Below are positions 1 through 7,424 of a DNA stretch of 32,000 nucleotides, piece by piece; the first letter of the stretch is position 1; every line of letters starts with the position of its first letter. A model generated the notes under the pieces. That model did no database searches, was not told where the DNA came from, and saw only the letters and a list, made by a program, of their open reading frames with translations. The translations under genes were made by a program, and so were the position numbers. Source of the DNA: Candidatus Atabeyarchaeum deiterrae (GTDB lineage: Archaea; Asgardarchaeota; Atabeyarchaeia; Atabeyarchaeales; Atabeyarchaeaceae); the NCBI GenBank assembly GCA_037310415.1, contig CP147780.1:662402-694401 (forward strand). The letters are read 5' to 3'.

Positions 1-362
1 CTACTACAACCGGTGGAAAAACTTACTCCGGCGAATTGAAAGGTTACGATCCTAACTCTTTGAGCGTATGCTTGGCGGGTGCCAAGGACAACGAGGGAAA
101 GAATTTTCACAGACTGATAATTAACGGCTCAATTATTAGAGAAATAATCAAGGCTGAGGAGCCATTCGATTTAAGGACTCTCGCAAACGAGATTCAAAGA
201 ATATTCCCTCCGGGGGAGGTCAAATACTTGGAAGAGGCCCGCGTGATCCAAGTTCTTGACAAAATCAAAGTCACCGAGTCAGGGGTTGAGGGTTCAGGTC
301 CTCTTACAGAAAGAGTAAAGATGATCTATGATAAGTTCATTCAAGAGAGAAGCAGGAAGTAA
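1..362 (+). CDS. Hypothetical protein, C-terminal fragment. The frame is open to the left window edge, so the TTG at 36 is probably internal.
   Basis: There is no in-frame stop from nt 3 to the TAA at 360-362. I recognise no motif. It is convergent with rpl2. Confidence 0.4.
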   Translation, partial: TTTGGKTYSGELKGYDPNSLSVCLAGAKDNEGKNFHRLIINGSIIREIIKAEEPFDLRTLANEIQRIFPPGEVKYLEEARVIQVLDKIKVTESGVEGSGPLTERVKMIYDKFIQERSRK

Positions 363-412
363 TGCAAGAGGGTTCCATCTATTCACGGGCAAGACAGGAT
401 TGTGCTTGTGTT

Positions 413-1153
413 TCAGGTTGCCTTATCTGCTCTTGAATGTTTGCCTGTCCCTGTACGCCTAGCTGCAATAAGCCCTACTTTGGCCCCTGGAGGGGCGTTT
501 CTGGAAACTGTGGTTGGTGCTCCTTCATGTTGGTGTTGCCCTCCACCATGCGGGTGGGCTACTGGATTCATGGCAACTCCTCTTACTATGGGCCACTTCC
601 AAGCTTTGGAAAGGGAAAGATGGTACTTCTTACCAGCCTTAACAAAAGGTTTTTCTATTCTGCCTCCGCCAGCTACGATGCCGATAGTTGCTCTGCACGA
701 CGGGTTGAAAGTCTTCATCGCGCCTGACGGGAGTTGTACAAGGGTCCCAGCATTAGTGTGGGTGATTACGGATCCATAGGTTCCAGAGGATCTTATGTAC
801 TTGCCTCCGTCACCCGGCTCTCCTTCGATATTGAAAACGGGGGTCCCCTCTGGCACGATTGAGAGAGGTAGAACATCTCCTTGCGAGAGGGTTTTCCGCG
901 CTGAGGAGGAGCTTCCAACAGTTATAGGTTGATTCAACCGAAGACCTTCACATGCTGGAAGAAGCACTTGAGTCCCATCATCGAATCTCACCATCGCGAG
1001 GGGTGCACCCCTACCTGGATCGTGAAGAATATCCTTCACATGTCCCCTAAGGTAGGACGCTTCGCCTCCATGAAGAGGTGGGTATTTCGCTTCGCCGAGA
1101 CGTCTATGGGTAGGCGATCGGAATGTTGAAGTTCCTCTACCCTTCCGTTGCAC
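413..1153 (-). CDS. rpl2: 50S ribosomal protein L2 (uL2). The true N-terminus probably extends to about 1171.
   Basis: It carries QRKGRGTSTFRSPTHR, GGGRIEKPFVKAG, WPIVRGVAMNPVAHPHGGG and SRNAPPG, the typical uL2 signature. The conserved GKKILV lies in frame just upstream of the GTG at 1153. Confidence 0.95.
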   Translation of the reverse strand: MQRKGRGTSTFRSPTHRRLGEAKYPPLHGGEASYLRGHVKDILHDPGRGAPLAMVRFDDGTQVLLPACEGLRLNQPITVGSSSSARKTLSQGDVLPLSIVPEGTPVFNIEGEPGDGGKYIRSSGTYGSVITHTNAGTLVQLPSGAMKTFNPSCRATIGIVAGGGRIEKPFVKAGKKYHLSLSKAWKWPIVRGVAMNPVAHPHGGGQHQHEGAPTTVSRNAPPGAKVGLIAARRTGTGKHSRADKAT

Positions 1154-1205
1154 AAGGATTTTCTTGCCCGTGTTGGAACACCCTCATTCTGCTACTTTCT
1201 CAGAT

Positions 1206-1466
1206 CTAGAATACGCCAAGCTTCGTAGCGATATCGCTGGCCTTGAATTCAGGTCTTAGAGTGATGTATGCTTTCTTTTCCCCTGTAGGAAGGATCGTCG
1301 TGTTAACTTTCATTACCTTGATTGCGTAGAGTCTTTCTATTGCCCTACGGATCATGTGCTTATTGGCCTTTCGGGCCACTATGAAAACTAATTTGTTTTC
1401 CCGCTCGATAGTTTCAAGGGCCGCTTCCGTGATTACAAGTCTCATGATCAAGTCTTCGCTGGTCAT
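1206..1466 (-). CDS. rpl23: 50S ribosomal protein L23 (uL23)
   Basis: It is 86 aa and sits between rpl4 and rpl2. KLVFIVARKANKHMIRRAIERLY..KVNT is typical of uL23. Its ATG overlaps the rpl4 stop by 4 nt. Confidence 0.9.
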   Translation of the reverse strand: MTSEDLIMRLVITEAALETIERENKLVFIVARKANKHMIRRAIERLYAIKVMKVNTTILPTGEKKAYITLRPEFKASDIATKLGVF

Positions 1467-2269
1467 TGATTACCACCGCTACTTAGCCAATCAAGCGTCT
1501 TCAATCTGCTTAATGCTGACTCTGACCAGATAGTGAGTCGCCCTGGATGTGTACCTGGTGCCAGGTCTTCCACGCCCAGGTTTGAAACTGAGACGACGTG
1601 GATACCTAGATTCCTCATACCTTTGATTTTTGAGCCTGGTTTCGATACTACCATCAAAGGACCACACGGTACCTTGTACTTTCTTCCTCTTCTTTTGCCC
1701 AGACCGCTTCTGACTTTCTTGCCATCCAGAACCCGCATTACGTCGGTCCATACGCCGAATTTCATTAAAGCTGCTTTTGCTTCTTGTGTCGAATTAACAC
1801 TCTCAATTTCGTCTACGCAGATTATAGGTAAGATCTTCACCTTATCATCAATCAGATGCCCGCGTCTCTTCACAGATTCCATTTCGCTTGTTAGAGCTAT
1901 TGCTGATCTTAATGCCAGCCGTCGCTCTTTCTTATTGATGAATTCTTTGACGCGCTTTTCCACCCGAGGCGGATGAGTCAGTCTGCCCCCTACTGTCATG
2001 GGAGCGAAAGCTCCAGCCATCGCTTCTGGGTGAGAGGTTCCTCTTTTTCTAGGTACCCTTGCTAGATGCATGCCAGGTCCGCGAGAGTATGCAGTTGTTC
2101 TTTTGCCCGCCATTGGATCGACTCCATGGTGATGGAATCGAGCGGAGGCTGAGGATAAGACTGCTCTTTGGATCAAGTCTGGCCTTGGGGGTGTTTCAAA
2201 GACTTCTGGGAGCGTTATTCTTCTCACTGGGTTGCCTTCCAAATCTAGAACACTCACCGTCTTTGCCAT
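1463..2269 (-). CDS. rpl4: 50S ribosomal protein L4 (uL4)
   Basis: It is 268 aa and follows the conserved order L3-L4-L23-L2. A GGAGGAG Shine-Dalgarno site lies upstream. The GRGMHLARVPRKRG and GKRRGRKYK motifs are basic loops typical of archaeal L4. Confidence 0.93.
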   Translation of the reverse strand: MAKTVSVLDLEGNPVRRITLPEVFETPPRPDLIQRAVLSSASARFHHHGVDPMAGKRTTAYSRGPGMHLARVPRKRGTSHPEAMAGAFAPMTVGGRLTHPPRVEKRVKEFINKKERRLALRSAIALTSEMESVKRRGHLIDDKVKILPIICVDEIESVNSTQEAKAALMKFGVWTDVMRVLDGKKVRSGLGKRRGRKYKVPCGPLMVVSKPGSKIKGMRNLGIHVVSVSNLGVEDLAPGTHPGRLTIWSESALSRLKTLDWLSSGGNQ

Positions 2270-2291
2270 CTATAACTCCTCCTAGAGTTTG

Positions 2292-3296
2292 CTATTCTGT
2301 TGCTGTGTTGTGGATGTGTAAGATGTGTGGTGCTGCTTCAGCGCCTTTTGGGCTGCCTCTTATCGGGAATCGCAGCTTAATGAGTCGCCTGGTTTCGCCT
2401 GGAACAGAGCCTTGGAAGAGCACATAGTCTCCCTTTACTACTCCGTACCTATTAATTCCCCCTCTAGCTGTAATCTCTTCCCCTCGGTCGCCCAGCTTCA
2501 AAATGCGCTTGTTGAATTCGACCCGATGATGATATCCGGTCTGCCCGGCTCTCGGAACAGTGTACATAACACTATGCGGACTGATAGGTCCAAGTGTTCC
2601 CACACCTCGGACAGTTTTCCTAGACTTCTTTTGGAGAACCTTCACGTTCCATCTTTTTACGGGTCCTTGGAATCCCTTACCCTTCGAGACTGCGATTACG
2701 TCGACAAGGCCACCCTCTTTGAAAATGTCACGGATTCTAATTTCCTTGCCAAGAAGGGTTTTTGCATACTTGATTTGCTCCGAGATTGAGCCTCCACCGA
2801 CTTCGACCTCCATTACTACTGGTTTCTTTGAAGAAACTCCTGCCAGCCTTGGTTGGGTATGTGCCACTACTCTGATAGTATCCACATTGGTCAAGTCTGC
2901 GCTCAATTTTGCCAGCTTTTCTTCGGTCTTGGTATCTGAAGGCATCGGGAAATTACGTGAGAGATCCTCCTTCAAGTTCTTCGACCAGATCTCGTGTTTG
3001 CATCTTAGTCCATATGGAGTATGAATGTAGGCTCTCACTCCGCAAACAACTATTGGAGGACAATCTATGATAGTGGCTGCAACTTCCACTTCCCGTCCTC
3101 GCAATGGACTATGCGGGGCATCCTCCATTAGAATCACATGCGTCATACCAGCTTTGTAGCCAGCGAATCCTAATACTAAGGGCTCACCTGTGCGCGTCGG
3201 CCAGGTTCTGATACGTCCCCAAGGTTTAGATGCCCTTTTTCTAGGGAGATAGGCGAGCGAACCATGTTTGGGGGCGTGTTGTTTTCTATGTCCCAT
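2292..3296 (-). CDS. rpl3: 50S ribosomal protein L3 (uL3)
   Basis: The N-terminus MGHRKQHAPKHGSLAYLPRKRA is classic archaeal L3. It also has FKGKGFQGPVKRW and GQTGYHHR. A GGAGG site lies 8 nt upstream of the ATG. Confidence 0.95.
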   Translation of the reverse strand: MGHRKQHAPKHGSLAYLPRKRASKPWGRIRTWPTRTGEPLVLGFAGYKAGMTHVILMEDAPHSPLRGREVEVAATIIDCPPIVVCGVRAYIHTPYGLRCKHEIWSKNLKEDLSRNFPMPSDTKTEEKLAKLSADLTNVDTIRVVAHTQPRLAGVSSKKPVVMEVEVGGGSISEQIKYAKTLLGKEIRIRDIFKEGGLVDVIAVSKGKGFQGPVKRWNVKVLQKKSRKTVRGVGTLGPISPHSVMYTVPRAGQTGYHHRVEFNKRILKLGDRGEEITARGGINRYGVVKGDYVLFQGSVPGETRRLIKLRFPIRGSPKGAEAAPHILHIHNTATE

Positions 3297-3460
3297 CGAG
3301 GGAGCCTCCTGTAGAAATATTACCTACGAAGAAGAAATCCAAGTGATAGTGCGGCAATTACTATTTGGCTTATAAACATAAGAGCAAGTACGCTTAATTT
3401 CCTTCCTGGGTTTGGATATACTCTTAAGTTATACGTCTTATGAATCTTCCGTATGTTTTT

Positions 3461-4369
3461 TCACATAATCAAATTGATGATGGCAAGTGTTGCGTGAATT
3501 GCTTCTTCTGTTCTTACAGTCTGCGTCCCTTGATTGGGGATCATGTTCAAGCTGTAGTCTCCGGTGGTCTCGTCTAGACTTTCTCTAGCCAGTATCTCTT
3601 CCAGTCCCTCTTTTGGAGAGCCGAAAGCAACCAGGATCTTGCTCGAGTTCTTAAGCTCTTCCTGCAGCCTCTTTAGGACATCTTTTATTGGTGAGCCAGA
3701 CCTAGACGTTAGGATGTACAGATCGAATGTTCTTCTTTTCATGAAAGTTCCTAATGTCTCCTGTAACTCAGTTACTCTGAACCCCCAGTACCCGGGAATC
3801 TCAGAGCGACTCACCAAATCTAGCTGGACATCATCTTCGCCTTTTCTTCTGACTCGGAAGCTTTGTCTCTTCCCTTTAGGGACCTTTTCTGAGCTTCTCA
3901 ATGGCCTTCCCAGCCCTGCATCTATGAGGGATCCAGTCCTATCTTGAGCAATAGCAACCCCCTCACGGAATTCGCCATCGCGTAGAGCCGCTACAAGGCT
4001 GTTGGTTGGGTGATGAAGTGTGTTCAGAGGCGGGAGAACCCCGGCGTATTTCAGTACCGGTGACAATGGAAAAAGCCTTTTCCTTAGATATTGTGGCGTC
4101 TCTACATAGCGAAGGATCTGAGAAATCATACCCATTTCGTTTTTCTGTTCTCCATGAATGAGATCTGGATAAATGAATATCTCTTCGACGCGATAGATCG
4201 CGGAAGCGCGCGCGACTTGGCCTATCTTGAAGGTTTTCAATTGGAGTCCTGGAACATCCGCAATTATGGATGCAGGTATCGCTATGCTAACATGCGGTGT
4301 CGCCAAATCAAATCCTCCCATTCTATAGACTTCTCGGGGGTATGCTTTTGAATTTGTTGTGCAAGACAT
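3461..4369 (-). CDS. SPOUT-superfamily putative RNA methyltransferase (DUF171/COG2106, C9orf114/SPOUT1-like)
   Basis: It is 302 aa and lies immediately upstream of rpl3, the conserved archaeal position for COG2106. VSIAIPASI..D and the C-terminal LNMIPNQGTQTVRTEEA resemble the family's knot motif. Confidence 0.7.
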   Translation of the reverse strand: MSCTTNSKAYPREVYRMGGFDLATPHVSIAIPASIIADVPGLQLKTFKIGQVARASAIYRVEEIFIYPDLIHGEQKNEMGMISQILRYVETPQYLRKRLFPLSPVLKYAGVLPPLNTLHHPTNSLVAALRDGEFREGVAIAQDRTGSLIDAGLGRPLRSSEKVPKGKRQSFRVRRKGEDDVQLDLVSRSEIPGYWGFRVTELQETLGTFMKRRTFDLYILTSRSGSPIKDVLKRLQEELKNSSKILVAFGSPKEGLEEILARESLDETTGDYSLNMIPNQGTQTVRTEEAIHATLAIINLIM

Positions 4370-4489
4370 TATTTCGAATAAAGTAAATGCACGTAATTTG
4401 TCTGTGACTGGTAAGAGTAGACCTCAGCAAAATCCCCAAGAGAGACGATATTCCGGGTTCAGATACTGATTTCAAATGAAAGCGTTTCC

Positions 4490-5122
4490 TTATTCTATGG
4501 TTGCATGACGAGCCTTCAGATCTTCCTCTTTCTTACCGAGTCGATGCATTAGTTCAGCGATGATACCATCGAGAAAAATCATGGCAGCCACTTCAAATTG
4601 AGTTCCGAGAGGTGCAAGTGGCTCATGCTCTCCCACTATCTGTCTCGAAATGTATGAGTTCTCTTGTCTGGTCATTTTCGTTCTACCAACCACGACTACG
4701 ATTTGGTCTGCTAAGTGCCCAAGAGGAGAATCAGGGTATGAGGTGACAGCTACGACCTTAGCTTGTCTCCTTTCCTTCGCGATTTTGGAAGACATTACAA
4801 CCAGACGCGTTGTGCCCGAGCCCGATATGGCGATTACGACGTCGCCTGAGCTGAGTATTGGAACTATGGTTTCGCCAGTCACATAGACCTGATAGCCCAG
4901 ATGCATTAGGCGAATAGCAAAAGCCTTGCCAACAAGACCCGAGCGACCAGCGCCTACAACTAGTATCTTCTTGTCTCTTGCCCCCATGAGAATCTCGACA
5001 ATAGCTTCAACCTGTTGTGGATTAAGCTGATCAGCAGCTCTCTTGACAGACTCTACTATCTCATCCATTCCCCTCTTTACGAAGCTTGTCCCACTATCTC
5101 CTGTCATGATGCTATCCCCCAT
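4490..5122 (-). CDS. hxlB: 6-phospho-3-hexuloisomerase (SIS domain, RuMP pathway)
   Basis: VVGAGRSGLVGKAFAIRLMHLGYQVYVTGET, AISGSGTT and PLGTQFEVAAMIFLDGIIAELM..RH align closely with archaeal PHI as I recall it, for example the M. jannaschii PHI. Confidence 0.8.
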   Translation of the reverse strand: MGDSIMTGDSGTSFVKRGMDEIVESVKRAADQLNPQQVEAIVEILMGARDKKILVVGAGRSGLVGKAFAIRLMHLGYQVYVTGETIVPILSSGDVVIAISGSGTTRLVVMSSKIAKERRQAKVVAVTSYPDSPLGHLADQIVVVVGRTKMTRQENSYISRQIVGEHEPLAPLGTQFEVAAMIFLDGIIAELMHRLGKKEEDLKARHATIE

Positions 5123-5459
5123 GAGCCACAGGCATTAGAGTGACTTCGTCTCCTTCCGACAGTCTTGTACTGATTCCATCCAGTACTTCTATATCTACAT
5201 CGTTAATAAGTATTAAAATGTCGCTTCTCATCGTTTTTCTGTCCTGCTGGAACAAGTGAGCTGCCATTGTCTCTCCATACATGGTAGCAATCGATCCAAG
5301 CAAATCCCCGACTGTTGCCTCAGCTTGAACCTCAATGATAGTCTCGTTCGGAGCGACTATGTTTCTCATCGTTGACAGAAACCTTATTCTTATCTTCCTC
5401 AGTTGCGCTTCACCCAAAATCCCCAATTCCTTGAAAATCGCTATCACAAAATATCGCAT
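5112..5459 (-). CDS. MoaD/ThiS/SAMP-like ubiquitin-fold protein with a C-terminal Gly-Gly. The real start is probably an internal TTG near 5400.
   Basis: It ends ...EGDEVTLMPVAHGG followed by the stop. IRIRFLSTMRNIV... resembles the MoaD N-terminal strand. Its stop overlaps the hxlB start by 11 nt. Confidence 0.65.
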   Translation of the reverse strand: MRYFVIAIFKELGILGEAQLRKIRIRFLSTMRNIVAPNETIIEVQAEATVGDLLGSIATMYGETMAAHLFQQDRKTMRSDILILINDVDIEVLDGISTRLSEGDEVTLMPVAHGG

Positions 5460-5636
5460 GGGGTTGATTGAAATCTCCGGAATGAAGAGCTGGTTTCTTG
5501 GTGGGCAACAATTCTATTCACTAATTTGATCGGAGTGATTTCCTTGCACTGGATCTGGGATCGTGGAAGACCTGCAAAAAATCGATCGAACCGATACGAC
5601 TTCTGTGAACAAGTTTCGGTCTAACTGATAACCGCC

Positions 5637-5879
5637 CTACTCCATTTCTTCTTCGGAGTCCACATTTCCTTCCTCTTCGTTGTGGCTCTCCCTCGTCTTG
5701 ATCCGTGCTAGGCGCGTTAGGTAACCAGCAACCCCATTTCGGACTTTCTTGGAAGGAGTTAGCAGGACATTCTTCAGTTTTTCCTTGTTGCCAGGAAAGT
5801 CCGTGTTGAAGTAGTCTGGGTACCGCGTGTAGAGATTACGTGCTGTTCGCTTGACAGTGTCTGTTTTGACTTTGCCCAT
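5637..5879 (-). CDS. rps17e: 30S ribosomal protein S17e, with an acidic C-terminal tail
   Basis: MGKVKTDTVKRTARNLYTRYPDYFNTDFPGNKEKL is the typical eS17 N-terminus. Confidence 0.9.
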   Translation of the reverse strand: MGKVKTDTVKRTARNLYTRYPDYFNTDFPGNKEKLKNVLLTPSKKVRNGVAGYLTRLARIKTRESHNEEEGNVDSEEEME

Positions 5880-6088
5880 TGGAGAGCACCTATCGTGTCT
5901 TTAAGATACTTCTAGGTAATCGCTTACGAGAGAACTATCTAATATGCTTCTGCTTTTATAATTCTATCGGTCACATGGTTCATAGGAGTCTCGCCACTAT
6001 ACTCGTCTGATCTTGTTTTGATCGCATTCCAAGCGCGCATAGATTGACCGAAAAGATTTTGAACTAGATATGCTATCTTTGGATTCAT

Positions 6089-6203
6089 GCTCCGGTAGTA
6101 TAGTCCGGTCAAGTATAGCGGCCTCTCGAGCCCAGATAGGGAAAGCCGCGGACCCGGGTTCGAATCTTTCTATCTTGAGGTGAAAATCCCGGCCGGAGCA
6201 CCA
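6089..6203 (+). tRNA. tRNA-Glu(CUC) with two introns and an encoded CCA
   Basis: The acceptor is GCTCCGG/CCGGAGC and the D arm is GTAT/GTAT. The anticodon arm is GCGGC-CTCTCGA-GCCGC, with the anticodon at 6125-6127. This arm only forms after removing 15 nt at 6129-6143, which is compatible with the canonical 37/38 position. The T arm CCGGG-TTCGAAT-CCCGG only forms after removing 22 nt at about 6166-6187. The mature length is 75 nt plus CCA. Confidence 0.85.
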
Positions 6204-6228
6204 ACGCACTAGAAGTTGGCAGGAGTTC

Positions 6229-6465
6229 TCACAGGTTGCCTCCGCCAAACATCCTTAGAAGATCGTTTTTTATTCGGTCGAGTTGCTGATATACCGAACT
6301 GAGTGCGTCGCCAGACCAGCCAAGCACTTGGAGGACGAGTCCGATTATTATCCCTATAACAACGAGAGAGAGTCCTATTAGCATTCCTTCTTCTACAAGC
6401 GGAGAACCCCTCTTGTCCTTCAGTAGTCTCAGAATTAAACTCTTTTCTGCTTTGTTCGGCTTCAT
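6229..6465 (-). CDS. Small membrane protein with a class III (type IV pilin-like) signal peptide
   Basis: It is 78 aa. It reads KDKRG|SPLVEEGMLIGLSLVVIGIIIGLVL: a basic leader, Gly at -1, Glu at +5, then a hydrophobic helix. This resembles short archaeal class III signal-peptide proteins. Confidence 0.45.
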   Translation of the reverse strand: MKPNKAEKSLILRLLKDKRGSPLVEEGMLIGLSLVVIGIIIGLVLQVLGWSGDALSSVYQQLDRIKNDLLRMFGGGNL

Positions 6466-6584
6466 TCTGGCTTCGCCGCAGACTAGTGTCTGCAGTGATA
6501 TTTAAAGCCCAAGTTCACGGCGAGCCAGATCTTGTTTGACACCGTAAAACATTTATCTGCTCCGTCTTTGTTATCTAAAGACCT

Positions 6585-6741
6585 GCGGCCGTGGTCTAGA
6601 CAGTGCCTTCCAAAAACGAATAACCTAGAATGGTCTAGGACAGAGGAAACGAGACAGTTTCCATCCAAAGGCCTCCCAAGTCTCTAACCCAGATTCTCTA
6701 TTCTTGGGGAGGAAACCCGGGTTCAAATCCCGGCGGCCGCA
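6585..6741 (+). tRNA. tRNA-Gly(CCC) with three inferred introns and no encoded CCA
   Basis: The acceptor is GCGGCCG/CGGCCGC with discriminator A. The T arm CCGGG-TTCAAAT-CCCGG is intact. A cloverleaf requires three removals. The first is about 6601-6629 (29 nt, D-loop). The second is about 6647-6671 (25 nt, within the 5' strand of the anticodon stem). The third is about 6685-6711 (27 nt, at the junction of the anticodon stem 3' strand and the variable loop). The result is D arm GTCT/GGAC and anticodon arm GAGGC-CTCCCAA-GTCTC, with the anticodon at 6675-6677. The length bookkeeping is exact: 157 = 76 + 81. Confidence 0.7.
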
Positions 6742-6816
6742 CTCACATTCGGCATTGTTTCCTATCCTTTCAGTGCAAAAGGTTATTAAGCCATCAGCAA
6801 TTAGTGGAAATCAACG

Positions 6817-6869
6817 ATGATGACTCTGACCCCGCTGAAATTCGGATGAATGAAGATCTTGAGTTCTGA
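6817..6869 (+). ncRNA. Candidate C/D-box sRNA (2'-O-methylation guide)
   Basis: The C box is ATGATGA at 6817-6823, followed by an 11-nt guide. The D' box is CTGA at 6835-6838, followed by a 7-8 nt spacer. A degenerate C' box, (A)TGAATGA, is at 6846-6853, followed by a 12-nt guide. The D box is CTGA at 6866-6869. The 53-nt box-to-box length is typical of archaeal sRNAs. It lies in non-coding sequence 76 nt downstream of tRNA-Gly. Confidence 0.5.
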
Positions 6870-6998
6870 GTCTCAGTTCAGTCTTAACGGATAAGTACGT
6901 CTGTTGGAGAATAACTTTTACTTCTCCCTCCCCTATTCTATATTAGTGCTTTCTCATTTCTATAGACTGGGAAACCCGTCGACTGGATACCATCAGTT

Positions 6999-7376
6999 AT
7001 GCTGATTCATGGGTCTGTACATTCACCAGACAGCGGAGGGATCAGTATCATGTTTGTCGGGTCAGAGAGAATCTTGGACAATAGGAACATGACTATACCT
7101 GTTGAAGAGATACTCTCTTCAAGGGGCCGTATCAGAATCATAAAGATGTTGCTCAAGAACGACGAGCTTTGTATTTCTGAGATTGTCAGGTTAACCAGGT
7201 TAAACCATAACTCAGTTGTTCAGCATTTGGATTTACTGAAGCATGCTGGGTTTGTCTACGAGAAGAAATTCGGACGGATACGGATTTATAGCATACGAAA
7301 TGAGAGTCTCATCGTCAAAGCAATGAAGAGTTTCATCTCTCTGTGGGGTTTTTCCAAGATGGAAATTCATAAATAG
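6999..7376 (+). CDS. ArsR/SmtB-family winged-helix transcriptional regulator. The likely start is the ATG at 7089.
   Basis: ILSSRGRIRIIKMLLKNDELCISEIVRLTRLNHNSVVQHLDLLKHAGFVYEKKFGRIRIY matches the ArsR HTH-plus-wing pattern. Confidence 0.75.
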   Translation: MLIHGSVHSPDSGGISIMFVGSERILDNRNMTIPVEEILSSRGRIRIIKMLLKNDELCISEIVRLTRLNHNSVVQHLDLLKHAGFVYEKKFGRIRIYSIRNESLIVKAMKSFISLWGFSKMEIHK

Positions 7377-7424
7377 CCTTCTATGTTCTTTCTCTCACTA
7401 TCTAATCCAGCTAGGAGGAAATCA

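Noticed and set aside
402-1129. Plus-strand ORFs at 402..779, 437..727 and 929..1129
   Set aside because: They lie entirely antisense to the well-supported rpl2 gene. Their composition is low-complexity and Cys/Pro/Trp-rich, which is typical of shadow ORFs.
1491-3024. ORFs at 1491..1751(-), 1533..1976(+), 2059..2427(+), 2325..2789(+) and 2560..3024(+)
   Set aside because: They overlap rpl4 and rpl3 in alternative or antisense frames, and I recognise no motifs.
5997-6248. An 83-aa minus-strand ORF
   Set aside because: It is antisense to tRNA-Glu (6089-6203), and the tRNA explains the sequence.
6483-6668. A 61-aa minus-strand ORF
   Set aside because: It is antisense to the 5' half of the three-intron tRNA-Gly.
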